Source: Roseovarius sp. (GTDB lineage: Bacteria; Pseudomonadota; Alphaproteobacteria; Rhodobacterales; Rhodobacteraceae). From it: a stretch of 64,000 nt of DNA. The notes below the pieces were generated by a model, which did not search any database, had not been told where the DNA came from, and saw nothing but the letters and a program-made list of their open reading frames with translations. The stretch is taken from contig NZ_JALUXE010000004.1 of assembly GCF_027019125.1 (NCBI RefSeq), forward strand, positions 21,785 through 85,784, given 5' to 3'. Of this stretch, positions 40,647 to 50,153 are shown in pieces. Each line of letters begins with the position of its first letter. Position 1 is the stretch's first letter. A program made the translations under genes and the position numbers.

Positions 40647-41630
40647 GCTGCATACCTTTGCGAACCACACTAAGCCATTTTGGATGCGCACCCTTCCAAC
40701 CATTCGGATATGTCTCTGATAAAATCATCCTCGTCTTGGGTGATGATGCCATCCGCTTGAACTACGCCTACGGCTGCCTTAAAAAGTCGCTCAATGCGCT
40801 TAATTGGCCAATTCGCTATTTCTGCAAGAGCCTCGTCCAATTCCGTTTGCGTTGGACGCGTTCGTCGCACCAAACGTCCGAGTTTCTCAAAGCCGTCCAG
40901 ACCGGGCAGAACATCCAGAACACCTTCATTCTTAAGGCATTCAGCTTCAGTTTCGGTAAATTGCATGATCCTATCAACCTCTTCAATGTGAAGCAGATCA
41001 TCCGCACGCGCAGCTGCCGAAAGCACGACAATCGCTGCTTTGAGTTCTCGCCGAAGCATTGTGTAAGGAGAACTAGAATAGCTGGATTTACCGACGCTAT
41101 CTTCTTTCAAACTTGTAAGTTCAACCTCGTAACCAGAATCCCCTGCGATCAGTTCACCAATGAGAAGCTGTGCGTCTTCAACGACGCCGTCATCATCAAT
41201 AACCCCTTCGATTCGATCCAACCTGAACGTTCTGTGAGCCCTTCGTTCATGGCAAATCGCACCGACATAGAATATTCCCCCGCGGTTCTCTACCCACCGC
41301 GTAGTTATTCGTCTTCGGCTGAAGTTATCTCCCGCGTCGCGGTAGTCGATGACAAGGAAAAGAGGCTCCAAGTTATAGCGGCGAGTTTGAGGAACAATTG
41401 GGTTATTTTCATGCTGGAGTTCGCGGCACTCGTGCTCAATGTCAATTCCGAGTTCGACGTCAACAAATCCACTTGGTGGAAGTTCAAAAACTACAGTAAC
41501 TGCTTCAGTTTCGCTCGGCGTCCGGCCTCTCAACCAAGAAAAAAATCTCATTCACTCGTTCCCCTTAATCAAAGTAAGCGCATGGAATTTAAGCTGCACA
41601 TCTGTCAACTGAGGTGTCAAGCATGAGCTG
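40641..41630. mobile_element. AT-richer single-gene cassette bounded by a 10-bp direct repeat, inserted between two permease genes
   Basis: GCATGAGCTG at 40641-40650 and 41621-41630; hand counts of three 60-nt lines give 43-55% GC vs 60% on one flanking line; no transposase or terminal inverted repeats. Confidence 0.85.
40670..41551 (-). CDS. WYL domain + TerB-like domain fusion protein, no HTH
   Basis: WYL: IDYRDAGDNFSRRRI...YVGAICHERRAHRTFRLDRI; TerB-like: LSAAARADD...EE...AAVGVVQADG...E; SD-like AAGGGGA upstream. Confidence 0.85.
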   Translation of the reverse strand: MRFFSWLRGRTPSETEAVTVVFELPPSGFVDVELGIDIEHECRELQHENNPIVPQTRRYNLEPLFLVIDYRDAGDNFSRRRITTRWVENRGGIFYVGAICHERRAHRTFRLDRIEGVIDDDGVVEDAQLLIGELIAGDSGYEVELTSLKEDSVGKSSYSSSPYTMLRRELKAAIVVLSAAARADDLLHIEEVDRIMQFTETEAECLKNEGVLDVLPGLDGFEKLGRLVRRTRPTQTELDEALAEIANWPIKRIERLFKAAVGVVQADGIITQDEDDFIRDISEWLEGCASKMA

Positions 41631-42429
41631 TCTGGAGACCATTCAGGCCTATGGGCTGCGCGCCATCGGCATCGGCGAGCGCCTCTTGCCGCAAAGCGAT
41701 TTCACCCTCTGCCAGCAGGTCACGCTGATCGGCTCCGGCCTGATCTGGAATATCTATTTCGGCTTGTTCGCCCTCGTCAGCGGCTTCATCCTCGCGACTG
41801 CCGTGGCACTTGGCAAAGGCTCACGCAACCGCGTGATCCGCAAACTGTCCGAGTGGTTCATCTTTGTCTTTCGCGGCTCGCCGCTCTTCATCCAGTTTTT
41901 CTTTGCCTATTTCTTCTTTCTTTCTCTCAAATCGGTCTCGCCCTTCTTTGATATCCTGACCTCGGCCTGGCTTGGCGCGTTGATCGTGCTTTTCCTCAAC
42001 ACGGCCGCCTATTCCGGCGAGATCTTCTATGGCGCGCTGCGGTCCATTCCCAAAGGCGATGTCGAGGCCGCAGATGCCTATGGGTTTTCCGGTTGGCCCC
42101 GCTTTCGCCGGATCATCTGGCCCACCATGCTGCGGCTCGCATGGCCTGCCTATACCAATGAGGCGATCTTTCTCTTTCATGCCACGACGCTGGTCTTTTT
42201 CTCGGGCTTTCCGGTCTGGCAACAGCGCGGCGATGCGCTCTACTATGCCAAGTATTTCGCCGACAAGACGTTTAACCCCTTCGTACCCTACCCGATCCTT
42301 GCGGGCTATTTCATCCTGCTCACGCTGGTGGTGATCGGCGTCTTTGGCCTGATCAATCGTCGGCTCAACCGTCACCTGCCGCAGGAATATCGCCGCAAGC
42401 TTAGCCTGCGGGTGAACCTGATCCGCTGA
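41623..42429 (+). CDS. Polar amino-acid ABC transporter permease (HisM-like)
   Basis: FRGSPLFIQ, NTAAYSGEI, EAADAYG. Confidence 0.93.
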   Translation: MSCLETIQAYGLRAIGIGERLLPQSDFTLCQQVTLIGSGLIWNIYFGLFALVSGFILATAVALGKGSRNRVIRKLSEWFIFVFRGSPLFIQFFFAYFFFLSLKSVSPFFDILTSAWLGALIVLFLNTAAYSGEIFYGALRSIPKGDVEAADAYGFSGWPRFRRIIWPTMLRLAWPAYTNEAIFLFHATTLVFFSGFPVWQQRGDALYYAKYFADKTFNPFVPYPILAGYFILLTLVVIGVFGLINRRLNRHLPQEYRRKLSLRVNLIR

Positions 42430-43016
42430 TGGGCGGGGTCGCGATCCTCGTTCCCGCCGCTGGCGCGTCGTCGCGGATGCGGGGCAAGGACAAACTATTG
42501 CAAACCGTGCGCGGTCAACCGCTCCTGCGCGACCGCGTGACGCTCGCCCTTGGCACGGGCTGCGCCGTGGCCGTGACCCTGCCACCAGAGGACGCCGCCC
42601 GCCGCGCGGCTCTGGACGGGCTCCATGTCACCCTTTTGCCCGTGCCCGACGCTGCCTCCGGCATGTCAGCTTCGCTGCGCACCGGCGCGGCCTGGGCGAT
42701 GACCCAAGATGCGGCCGCCCTTATGGTGCTGCTCCCGGATTTGCCAGACCTGACGGCAGAGGATTTGCAAACCCTCCTTCACACGAATGATCATTCCGGA
42801 ATCTTTCGCGCTTGCGATGCAGATGGCACCCCCGGCCATCCTGTCATCCTGCCTGCACGCCTTTTGCCGGACCTCACGCGCGTTACCGGCGACACCGGCG
42901 CGCGCGACCTCTTGCGCGCCCATCCCGTGACACCCGTTCCCCTACCCGGACGACATGCCACAACCGACCTTGACACGCCCGAGGCTTGGGCGGCATGGCG
43001 CGCCGCGAATCCCTAA
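42429..43016 (+). CDS. MobA/MocA-like nucleotidyltransferase family protein
   Basis: PAAGASSRM, GMSASL, LPDLP, GHPV, GDTGAR, DLDTPE. Confidence 0.9.
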   Translation: MGGVAILVPAAGASSRMRGKDKLLQTVRGQPLLRDRVTLALGTGCAVAVTLPPEDAARRAALDGLHVTLLPVPDAASGMSASLRTGAAWAMTQDAAALMVLLPDLPDLTAEDLQTLLHTNDHSGIFRACDADGTPGHPVILPARLLPDLTRVTGDTGARDLLRAHPVTPVPLPGRHATTDLDTPEAWAAWRAANP

Positions 43017-45652
43017 GCCGCATCGCGGCCCATATGCTCGGCGATGCGCCGGTTGAGCCAGGCAAGCCCCGCCAGCGACAGCCCCAAGCCAAGGAAAGAC
43101 GCCACCCGCACCAACCCCGACAACCCGGACATATCCACCAGGAACACCTTGGCCACGGTCAGCGCGACCCCGGCCATGGCCACCCGGCGCAAGGTCTCGG
43201 ATCGCCGCACCAGCGCCAAGCCCAACAGCACGACCGAGATCAGAATAAGCGCGACCGTATAGCTGTATAGCTCGCCATCGCTCACCCCCGGCACGCTCAG
43301 GTCATCCCCCTGCCAAAGCCGCCGAATTTCGAGCGCGAGATACCATGCCCCATACCCCGCCCCCGCCACAGCAAACGCCAGCCGAGGCAAACGCCGCAGG
43401 TGATCCAGTTTCCACGCCGCCAGTGCAAAGACCAGCGCCACCGGCAAATAGGCCGCCGCCAATGTATCGAGGATCAGAGGCCCGCTCACAAACTCCTTGC
43501 GCCAGAGCAGCGGCACCAGCGGATTGGTCAGCACCGCCTGCGCCACCAGCGTCACCAGCGCCACCGCCCCCATGATACAGCCAAGCGCCAGCCGCAGCCA
43601 CCGCACCACGCGCCCCCCCGCGCGTAACCGCCAGAGCTGCACCACGCTGGACGCAAGCCAGACCACCGCCGTCAGACCAAGCCCCGCATGTCCCATCGCC
43701 CCCGGTCCGCCCAGCCATCGCTGCAAGACGACGCTGAGAAAGATCGCCGCGATACTCCAGACGGCGCTTTCGATCACCACCCGCGTGGCACCCCCGGCGC
43801 GCGCCGCCATCGCCCCCCATGCTGCTGCCAGCAGGGCCAACGGCCCCAGATGCGACAGGAGCACATCGCTTGCGCTTGCCTCGCGCACGGCCCAAACCAG
43901 ACCGGGATCAATCACCAGCCGATAGCCGATCACTGCAACGCCCACCTGCGCCAGCCCCCCCAGCAGCGGCAGATTGAACCGTCGGTCAATCACCGCCGTG
44001 GCCAGAATCATCAGCCCGAGCGCCAGCGTCAGCGCCGCCTTGCTCAGCACCACAAAAAGCGCCAGCGTGATCAGCACCAAGGCCGCCGCCGCGAACAGCG
44101 CCGCACCGACTGCCCCCTCCGGCCCGCGCGAACGCACCGCAAACACCACCATCAGCGCCGCCAAGGCCATCACCTGCAAGGCCCACGCATAGGCCCCGAG
44201 CACCACGGCGGGGATCCAGAACAGCTCAAGGATCAGCGCAACCCCCGGAGCCATAACCGCCGCGCCAAGGCTCCAGAGGATCACCGGCACCGCGCCCGCC
44301 GCATATCTCGCTCGAAACGCACAAAGGATCGAGACCACCGCCCCGCCCGTCAGGATCACACTCACCTCTAGCGGCGTCTTGGATTCGGGCAATCGCTCGG
44401 CCCCGGCCATGAACGCCGACCAGACCGGCCCCTGTCCAAATCCTTCGAGTGCCACCAGCAGCAGCGTCGCCACGGCCGGAACCACCGGCACATCTTCCAG
44501 CGCCGAGGCCCGTCGCGTGCCGAGAATCAGCGCCGCCAGCATCCCCGCCAGCAGGCTCAGCGCGCCCCAAACCACCAGTGCCTCGCGCGCCTCCTGTGCC
44601 AGCCAGAGAGCGGCAAAGCTTGCCAGAGCCACCACCCCCCACACAAGACGGACCGGGAAGTCGGGATAGCTCCCCCCTGCCAGTACCCGGCGCAGCAGCG
44701 AATTGCCCGCGTGCTGAGGCACCACCCGCGCCTCGGGTACCAGCACGGTCAGCACCCCCAGAATAGCCCAGAACATGAGGTAAAGCAGCGCGCCCGCCTG
44801 CGCCAAATAGAGCAACGTTGCGCCACCTATACTGATTGCCAAGGCCAGAACCGAAATCCAGGCCCATCGCCGCGCGGCATCCACCGCCAGACCGACCGCT
44901 GCCAAGACGACGAAGTATCCGTAGAGGACGCCGGGCATGTCCGACTGTCCCCCCACCAGGAATGGCGCCGCCCCCGCGCCCACAAGACCAAGTGCCGTCA
45001 GAACCGGCCCATGGAACCAGCCAAGGATCACAGCCCCCGTACCAACCCCAACCAGACCAGCCAGAGCCACGCCCGGCCCGATCAGATCATAGAGCCCCCG
45101 CGCCGCCAGCACCCCCGAAAAGAGCGCGATCAGCCCCGCCCCGGACAAAACCGAAGGCAGCCCGGTGACCGCGCCGGCCGCCTCGTCGCCGTAGCGCCGC
45201 CGCAGCCGCTCGCCCGAAGCAATCAGCGCAGCCCCAAGTGTCAGCGCGCCCATCACGCGCCAGAATGGCGTGAGCAATCCTTGCTCGACGCCGTATTGCA
45301 CCATGAACACCCCGGCCAAGGCCAGCGACACGCCCGCCACCGCCAGCGCCCAATTGGCACGCGCCCAAGCCATCAGCGCCGCCATCCGGCCCGCGCCGAG
45401 CACAAAGGCACGCGGCGGCGTGACGTCCTGACTTGCCTCTGGCGTATCAACAGGGTCAACGGCCCAGGGACCAGCCCGTTCCTCGACCACGGGCGCAACC
45501 TCTGCCACCGCTTCGGGACGCGCCTGTGCCAGCCCCGCCTCAAGCCGCGCAACCCGCGCCTTGAGACGCAAATGCGAAATCAGGAGATAGGGCACTCCGA
45601 TCACGAGGAGCGCCAGTAATCCAAGCCCGAAAAGAACGGCGAGTGCATCCAT
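43013..45652 (-). CDS. DUF2339 polytopic membrane protein
   Basis: 879 aa, highly hydrophobic; ends KVFLVDMSGLSGLVRVASFLGLG. Confidence 0.9.
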   Translation of the reverse strand: MDALAVLFGLGLLALLVIGVPYLLISHLRLKARVARLEAGLAQARPEAVAEVAPVVEERAGPWAVDPVDTPEASQDVTPPRAFVLGAGRMAALMAWARANWALAVAGVSLALAGVFMVQYGVEQGLLTPFWRVMGALTLGAALIASGERLRRRYGDEAAGAVTGLPSVLSGAGLIALFSGVLAARGLYDLIGPGVALAGLVGVGTGAVILGWFHGPVLTALGLVGAGAAPFLVGGQSDMPGVLYGYFVVLAAVGLAVDAARRWAWISVLALAISIGGATLLYLAQAGALLYLMFWAILGVLTVLVPEARVVPQHAGNSLLRRVLAGGSYPDFPVRLVWGVVALASFAALWLAQEAREALVVWGALSLLAGMLAALILGTRRASALEDVPVVPAVATLLLVALEGFGQGPVWSAFMAGAERLPESKTPLEVSVILTGGAVVSILCAFRARYAAGAVPVILWSLGAAVMAPGVALILELFWIPAVVLGAYAWALQVMALAALMVVFAVRSRGPEGAVGAALFAAAALVLITLALFVVLSKAALTLALGLMILATAVIDRRFNLPLLGGLAQVGVAVIGYRLVIDPGLVWAVREASASDVLLSHLGPLALLAAAWGAMAARAGGATRVVIESAVWSIAAIFLSVVLQRWLGGPGAMGHAGLGLTAVVWLASSVVQLWRLRAGGRVVRWLRLALGCIMGAVALVTLVAQAVLTNPLVPLLWRKEFVSGPLILDTLAAAYLPVALVFALAAWKLDHLRRLPRLAFAVAGAGYGAWYLALEIRRLWQGDDLSVPGVSDGELYSYTVALILISVVLLGLALVRRSETLRRVAMAGVALTVAKVFLVDMSGLSGLVRVASFLGLGLSLAGLAWLNRRIAEHMGRDAA

Positions 45653-45655
45653 GGA

Positions 45656-46657
45656 TCACCCCTGCCCGAAAAGTCCGGTCAACGCCCGGTGCACCACCCC
45701 TGTCACCGAGGGCCTGCGTCCGCGCTGAAACGGCAGCGGGCGGCACACCTCGATCGCGGCCACGCCCACGCGTGCCGTCAGCGCGCCGTTAACCACGCCC
45801 TCCCCGAACCGACGCGACACCTTGGAGAGCACGCCGCCACCGGCCACGCTGCTGATCATATCATCGCCCACCGCCACGGCCCCCGTGGCCAGGAGATGGG
45901 CCATGACCGCCCGAGCCAGTCGCCAACTGCCCAGGACACCGGCGCGCCCCCCATAGATCTCGGCCACCGCCCGGATCATGCGCAGATTTGCGACAAACGC
46001 CCCCACGACATCGGCCAGGGCCAGCGGCACCAGCGCCGTGACCATCGCCACCTGCCGCGCCGCGACCTCCACTTCGCGCAAAGCCTGCGCATCGAGAGGG
46101 GCCAGAATCTCGACTTCCGCCAATCCGAGCAGCGCCTCGGCGTCGAATTGTTCCTCCTGCCGCTCTGCCAGCCGTTCCAGCCCCCAGGACGCTTCGGGAC
46201 GCTTGGCGTAAAGCGTACGCAGCCGCGCCACCACCCGACGTGCCGCCTCCAGATCTTCGGTGGCACGCGCAGCCCCGGCCTCGCGCCGCAGGGTATCGAG
46301 CCGACCCAATCGGGCAAATCCAGCCAGTTCGCGCAACCCGATGATCGCCGCCACAATCAAGAGGCCCGCGCCCATCGCTGCCACGCCGTAGCCCAGCACC
46401 GGCACACGCGCGATCAAGCCCATCGCAAAATCCCACGCCGCGACAGAAACCGCCGCCCCCATCAAGCCAAGCGCCAAGCCCCAGAAAAGCCGCCCCAGCC
46501 ATGACGGCCCCGCCGCCCCGCGCGAGATCACCGTCCGCATGGCCCGCCCGTCGGGCCGATCCATCAGATCGGGCACCGGCGGCGCACGGTCTGGCCCCTC
46601 GGCGGCCTGCGCGTCCATCTCGATCAGAACCGGCCCCTTTGCCTTGTTGCCGCTCAC
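45656..46657 (-). CDS. ycjF: YcjF family membrane protein
   Basis: TALVPLALAD, SRRFGEGVVNGALTARVG, CRPLPF. Confidence 0.92.
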   Translation of the reverse strand: MSGNKAKGPVLIEMDAQAAEGPDRAPPVPDLMDRPDGRAMRTVISRGAAGPSWLGRLFWGLALGLMGAAVSVAAWDFAMGLIARVPVLGYGVAAMGAGLLIVAAIIGLRELAGFARLGRLDTLRREAGAARATEDLEAARRVVARLRTLYAKRPEASWGLERLAERQEEQFDAEALLGLAEVEILAPLDAQALREVEVAARQVAMVTALVPLALADVVGAFVANLRMIRAVAEIYGGRAGVLGSWRLARAVMAHLLATGAVAVGDDMISSVAGGGVLSKVSRRFGEGVVNGALTARVGVAAIEVCRPLPFQRGRRPSVTGVVHRALTGLFGQG

Positions 46658-47100
46658 GCGCTCTCTCCTTTGCCGTGCCAGACCATCAGGACATCCGGCA
46701 GCCCCTCGTCATTGCCCATACCCATGCTGCGCGCGGCCTCGACAAAGCCTTGCCGGGCATAGAACGCGCGCGCGGCTGCATTCGCCTCGAGCACCCAGAG
46801 GCGCAATACACCTGCTTCGGCCTTGGCCTCGGCCAAGAGCGCCCGGCCCAATCCCTGTCCCTGCCGCAGCGGATGCACGTAGAGCGCATGCAGAATATCG
46901 CCGTCGCGGACCACGAATCCGGCCACGCGACCCTGCTTGCGGATCACCCTCACCCAACCCCAGCGGATCACCTTGAAGAGCGCGCGAAGGTCGTCCCAAT
47001 GGCTGCGCACCTGCGGCAACCACGGCGTCGCACGGGTAAACCCCCACAGGATCATAGCCAGTTGCGGCAGATGCCAAAGCTGCCCGCGCGCCGTTCTCAT
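46654..47100 (-). CDS. GNAT family N-acetyltransferase
   Basis: LYVHPLRQGQGLG, N..AR.FY...GF, NDEGLPD. Confidence 0.88.
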   Translation of the reverse strand: MRTARGQLWHLPQLAMILWGFTRATPWLPQVRSHWDDLRALFKVIRWGWVRVIRKQGRVAGFVVRDGDILHALYVHPLRQGQGLGRALLAEAKAEAGVLRLWVLEANAAARAFYARQGFVEAARSMGMGNDEGLPDVLMVWHGKGESA

Positions 47101-48509
47101 AGCTTGTCCCCGATCAGGAATTGCGCGGCGCGATCCAGCCGGATATGCGGCGGCCCCTCACCGGGCCGCAGGTTGAGCGGCGCTGGCGCAAAGCGCATGA
47201 CACGGTAATCCTGCCCCAGCCACTCGGTCGCCCCCGCCCGCGCCGGGGATAGCAATTGACCGGGGTCCTCGGGCAGATCGCCGGGATAGAACGCCGCCTG
47301 TCGCCCGGTATCTAGCAACCGCCCGCGCACACAATCGAGCATCTCGCCGTTGTGGCTCACCCGTTCCTCGACCGTGGCGCGCAACGCGGCCAAGGCCATT
47401 GCCTCTGTCTTAGCCCCGGCAAACTCCGCCCGGTCGCGCGCCTCGCGCAAGAGCGCGGCCATGATCCCCGTCAACCGCCCGTGCTGCGCATGATGCAGAT
47501 GGTCTGCCTTGGTTGCGGCAAAGAGGATACGTTCCACCCGCCGGCCAAGCAGCAATTGCGTCAGGAACGCATTGCGGCCGGGCCGGAACGCGCCCAGAAT
47601 ATCCGCCATTGCCCGGCGCATGTCCTCGACCGCCTGCGGTCCCTTGTGGATCGCGTCGAGTGCGTCCACCAGCACCACCTGCCGGTCAATCCTCGCGAAA
47701 TGATCGCGAAAAAAGGGTTTCACCACCTCGCGCTTGTAAGCGTCATAGCGCCGTGCCATCTCGGCGCGCAGGCTGCCGCGCCCCGCCTTGCCTTCGGGCA
47801 GCGGCGCGAATGTCACGACGGGCGAGCCTGCCAGATCACCGGGCAGAATGAAACGCCCCGGCGTGCAATCATAGAATCCGGCGGCCCGCGCCGCCTGCAA
47901 ATAGGCGGTAAACCCTGCGGCCAGCGCCTGTGCGACCGGCTCGTCCAACCGCGCCGCCGCATCCATATTGGCCACCTGTGCCAGATACCCAGCCGCTTCG
48001 GCGCGCGGGGCAATCCGTGTCAAAACTTCGGATGCCCATTGATCATAGCTCTTGTCCAGCAACGCCAGATCAAGCAGCCATTCGCCCGGGTAATCCACGA
48101 TATCGAGATGAACCACCCTCGGCCCTGCGACCCCCGCCAAGAGCCCCGCGGGCCGAACCCGCAACGACAGGCGCAATTCAGAAACCGTGCGCGTGCTCTC
48201 GGGCCAATGCGGCGTGGGGCCGGTCAGGGCCGCCAGATGCGCCTCGTAGTCAAAGCGCGGCAGCGTCACATCAGGCTGTGGTTGCAAATAGGCCGCGAGA
48301 ATCCGCCCTTCGCCCTGCGCCAAGAGCCCCGGCATCCGCCCCCGGTTCATCAGATTGGCGATGAGCGAGGTGATGAACACCGTCTTGCCCGCCCGTGCAA
48401 GGCCCGTCACCCCGACGCGGATTACCGGCTCCAAGAACGCTTGGCTCACGCGGTCGCCCAAGCCCTCGATGCCGCGCACCACGCCCTCTGCCATGCCTGC
48501 TACTGCCAA
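47097..48509 (-). CDS. ycjX: YcjX family P-loop protein
   Basis: GVTGLARAGKTVFITSL, DYPGEWLLD, FAATKADH; start may be ATG 48494. Confidence 0.94.
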   Translation of the reverse strand: MAVAGMAEGVVRGIEGLGDRVSQAFLEPVIRVGVTGLARAGKTVFITSLIANLMNRGRMPGLLAQGEGRILAAYLQPQPDVTLPRFDYEAHLAALTGPTPHWPESTRTVSELRLSLRVRPAGLLAGVAGPRVVHLDIVDYPGEWLLDLALLDKSYDQWASEVLTRIAPRAEAAGYLAQVANMDAAARLDEPVAQALAAGFTAYLQAARAAGFYDCTPGRFILPGDLAGSPVVTFAPLPEGKAGRGSLRAEMARRYDAYKREVVKPFFRDHFARIDRQVVLVDALDAIHKGPQAVEDMRRAMADILGAFRPGRNAFLTQLLLGRRVERILFAATKADHLHHAQHGRLTGIMAALLREARDRAEFAGAKTEAMALAALRATVEERVSHNGEMLDCVRGRLLDTGRQAAFYPGDLPEDPGQLLSPARAGATEWLGQDYRVMRFAPAPLNLRPGEGPPHIRLDRAAQFLIGDKL

Positions 48510-48689
48510 GAACCGCCCCTTTTCCCGTTGCCCTCAAGATAGAGACCCACCAGAGGGGTTGCTAGGGGCAATTGCGCCCCCGTGTCCCCGGACCGTCGGC
48601 GCAAGCACCCCGACAAGAAGCCGGACCAGCCCAATGGTCAACGCCGCAATTCCGCGTTATAGGAGCAAAAATCCAGCAGGAGCGCCCCG

Positions 48690-49310
48690 ATGGCCGAGAC
48701 CGAGCAGCCGCAGATTTACCTTATCACCCCGACCGAATTCGAGTTGAGCCTCTTTCCCGACACGCTGGCCCGCGTGCTCGACGCCCATCCTGTCGCCTGC
48801 GTGCGCCTTGGCCTCGCCAGCCGTGACGAGGATCGCATTGCACGCGCCGCCGATGCCTGTCGCGAAGTGACACACGCCCGCGACGTGGCCTTGGTGATCG
48901 AGCGTCATCTGATGCTCGTCGAGCGGCACGGCCTCGACGGCGTGCACCTGCCAGACGCCGGTCGCTCGGTCCGCGCCGCGCGCAAGGAACTGGGCGAAGA
49001 CGCCATTGTCGGCTGTTTCTGCGGCACCTCGCGCCATGACGGCATGACCGCCGGTGAGGCGGGAGCGGACTACATCAGCTTCGGGCCGGTCGGAGCAAGC
49101 CCCCTCGACGCCGGAGAGCAGGTCGATCCGGAGGTCTTCGACTGGTGGTCGCAAATGATCGAATTGCCAGTTGTCGCCGAGGGCGCTCTTGATCTGGCAC
49201 TTGTCAAACAACTCGCACCCGTGACGGATTTTCTGGCTTTTGGCGACGAAATCTGGCGCGAAGACGATCCGGCCCAAGCTCTTGGTCGCTTTATCGCTGC
49301 CATGGGCTAA
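48690..49310 (+). CDS. Thiamine phosphate synthase-like TIM-barrel protein
   Basis: YLITP, LDGVHL, SRHDGM..GE.GADYISFG, PVVAEG. Confidence 0.85.
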   Translation: MAETEQPQIYLITPTEFELSLFPDTLARVLDAHPVACVRLGLASRDEDRIARAADACREVTHARDVALVIERHLMLVERHGLDGVHLPDAGRSVRAARKELGEDAIVGCFCGTSRHDGMTAGEAGADYISFGPVGASPLDAGEQVDPEVFDWWSQMIELPVVAEGALDLALVKQLAPVTDFLAFGDEIWREDDPAQALGRFIAAMG

Positions 49311-49319
49311 GCCCCGCCC

Positions 49320-50153
49320 CTATCGCCCCCGGCGCTCTGCGGGCATGCCGGACCGCACCTGCGCCTCGGCCCAGGCTGCCAGCGTCTTGCGGTCCGCAAA
49401 GGCATCCACCCGCGCCGGGGCGTGGTAGACCACCCGCACCCGGCCATGACGCCGCACCGCAAGGACGCGCAGCAAATGCGTGCCAAAATCCATATCGCCC
49501 CACCAGCCATAGAACCGGGAGTCTTGCCCCTTGGGGGATTCGTAGATCACCGAAACCGGCTGAACGTGCATCGCATGCTCCAGTTTTTGGCTGAAGAAAG
49601 CCTGAAAGAGCGTTGATTTAAAAGGAATAACGCGCATGCCATCTGTCGAGCTGCCTTCGGGAAAGAACAAGAGCTTGTGCCCCGCCAACAGGCGCGATTC
49701 GAAAATATCGGTCTGCGCCTTGGCCTCTTTCGGATCACGGGTGATGAACACCGTGCCCACCAGACGTGCCAGATACCCGATGCCGGGCCAGCCCGCCACC
49801 TCGGATTTTGACACGAAATACACGCGCTTGCGCGCATTGAGTGCGAAGATATCCAGCCACGAGGCATGATTGGCCACCACCGCCCCCGGCACGCGCATCG
49901 GCGTGCCCTGCACCTCATGGCCCATGCCCAATATGCGAAACACTGCCCAGCAGACCCATTGCGTCACATAGGGCGTCCAGGGACGGTGCAGCCCATGCAG
50001 GGGCCGCTCGATCAGGCGCAATGCGACCGTGATGATCACGCCCAAGAGAATCACCAGCGCCATGCACAGCCCGCGCATCCCCGCACGCAACCAACCGCCC
50101 GGTGTCAGCGTGAAATCAGCGGGTGGCACGTCGGAGTTCCACCTGAACTTCAA
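49320..50153 (-). CDS. olsA: Lyso-ornithine lipid / lysophospholipid acyltransferase
   Basis: NHASWLD, FFPEG, WWGDM; directly downstream of olsB. Confidence 0.85.
   Translation of the reverse strand: MKFRWNSDVPPADFTLTPGGWLRAGMRGLCMALVILLGVIITVALRLIERPLHGLHRPWTPYVTQWVCWAVFRILGMGHEVQGTPMRVPGAVVANHASWLDIFALNARKRVYFVSKSEVAGWPGIGYLARLVGTVFITRDPKEAKAQTDIFESRLLAGHKLLFFPEGSSTDGMRVIPFKSTLFQAFFSQKLEHAMHVQPVSVIYESPKGQDSRFYGWWGDMDFGTHLLRVLAVRRHGRVRVVYHAPARVDAFADRKTLAAWAEAQVRSGMPAERRGR

Noticed and set aside
40651-41620. Insertion sequence or MITE explanation for the WYL cassette
   Set aside because: No transposase motif, and the ends (CATACCTTTG... vs ...GAGGTGTCAA) are not inverted repeats.
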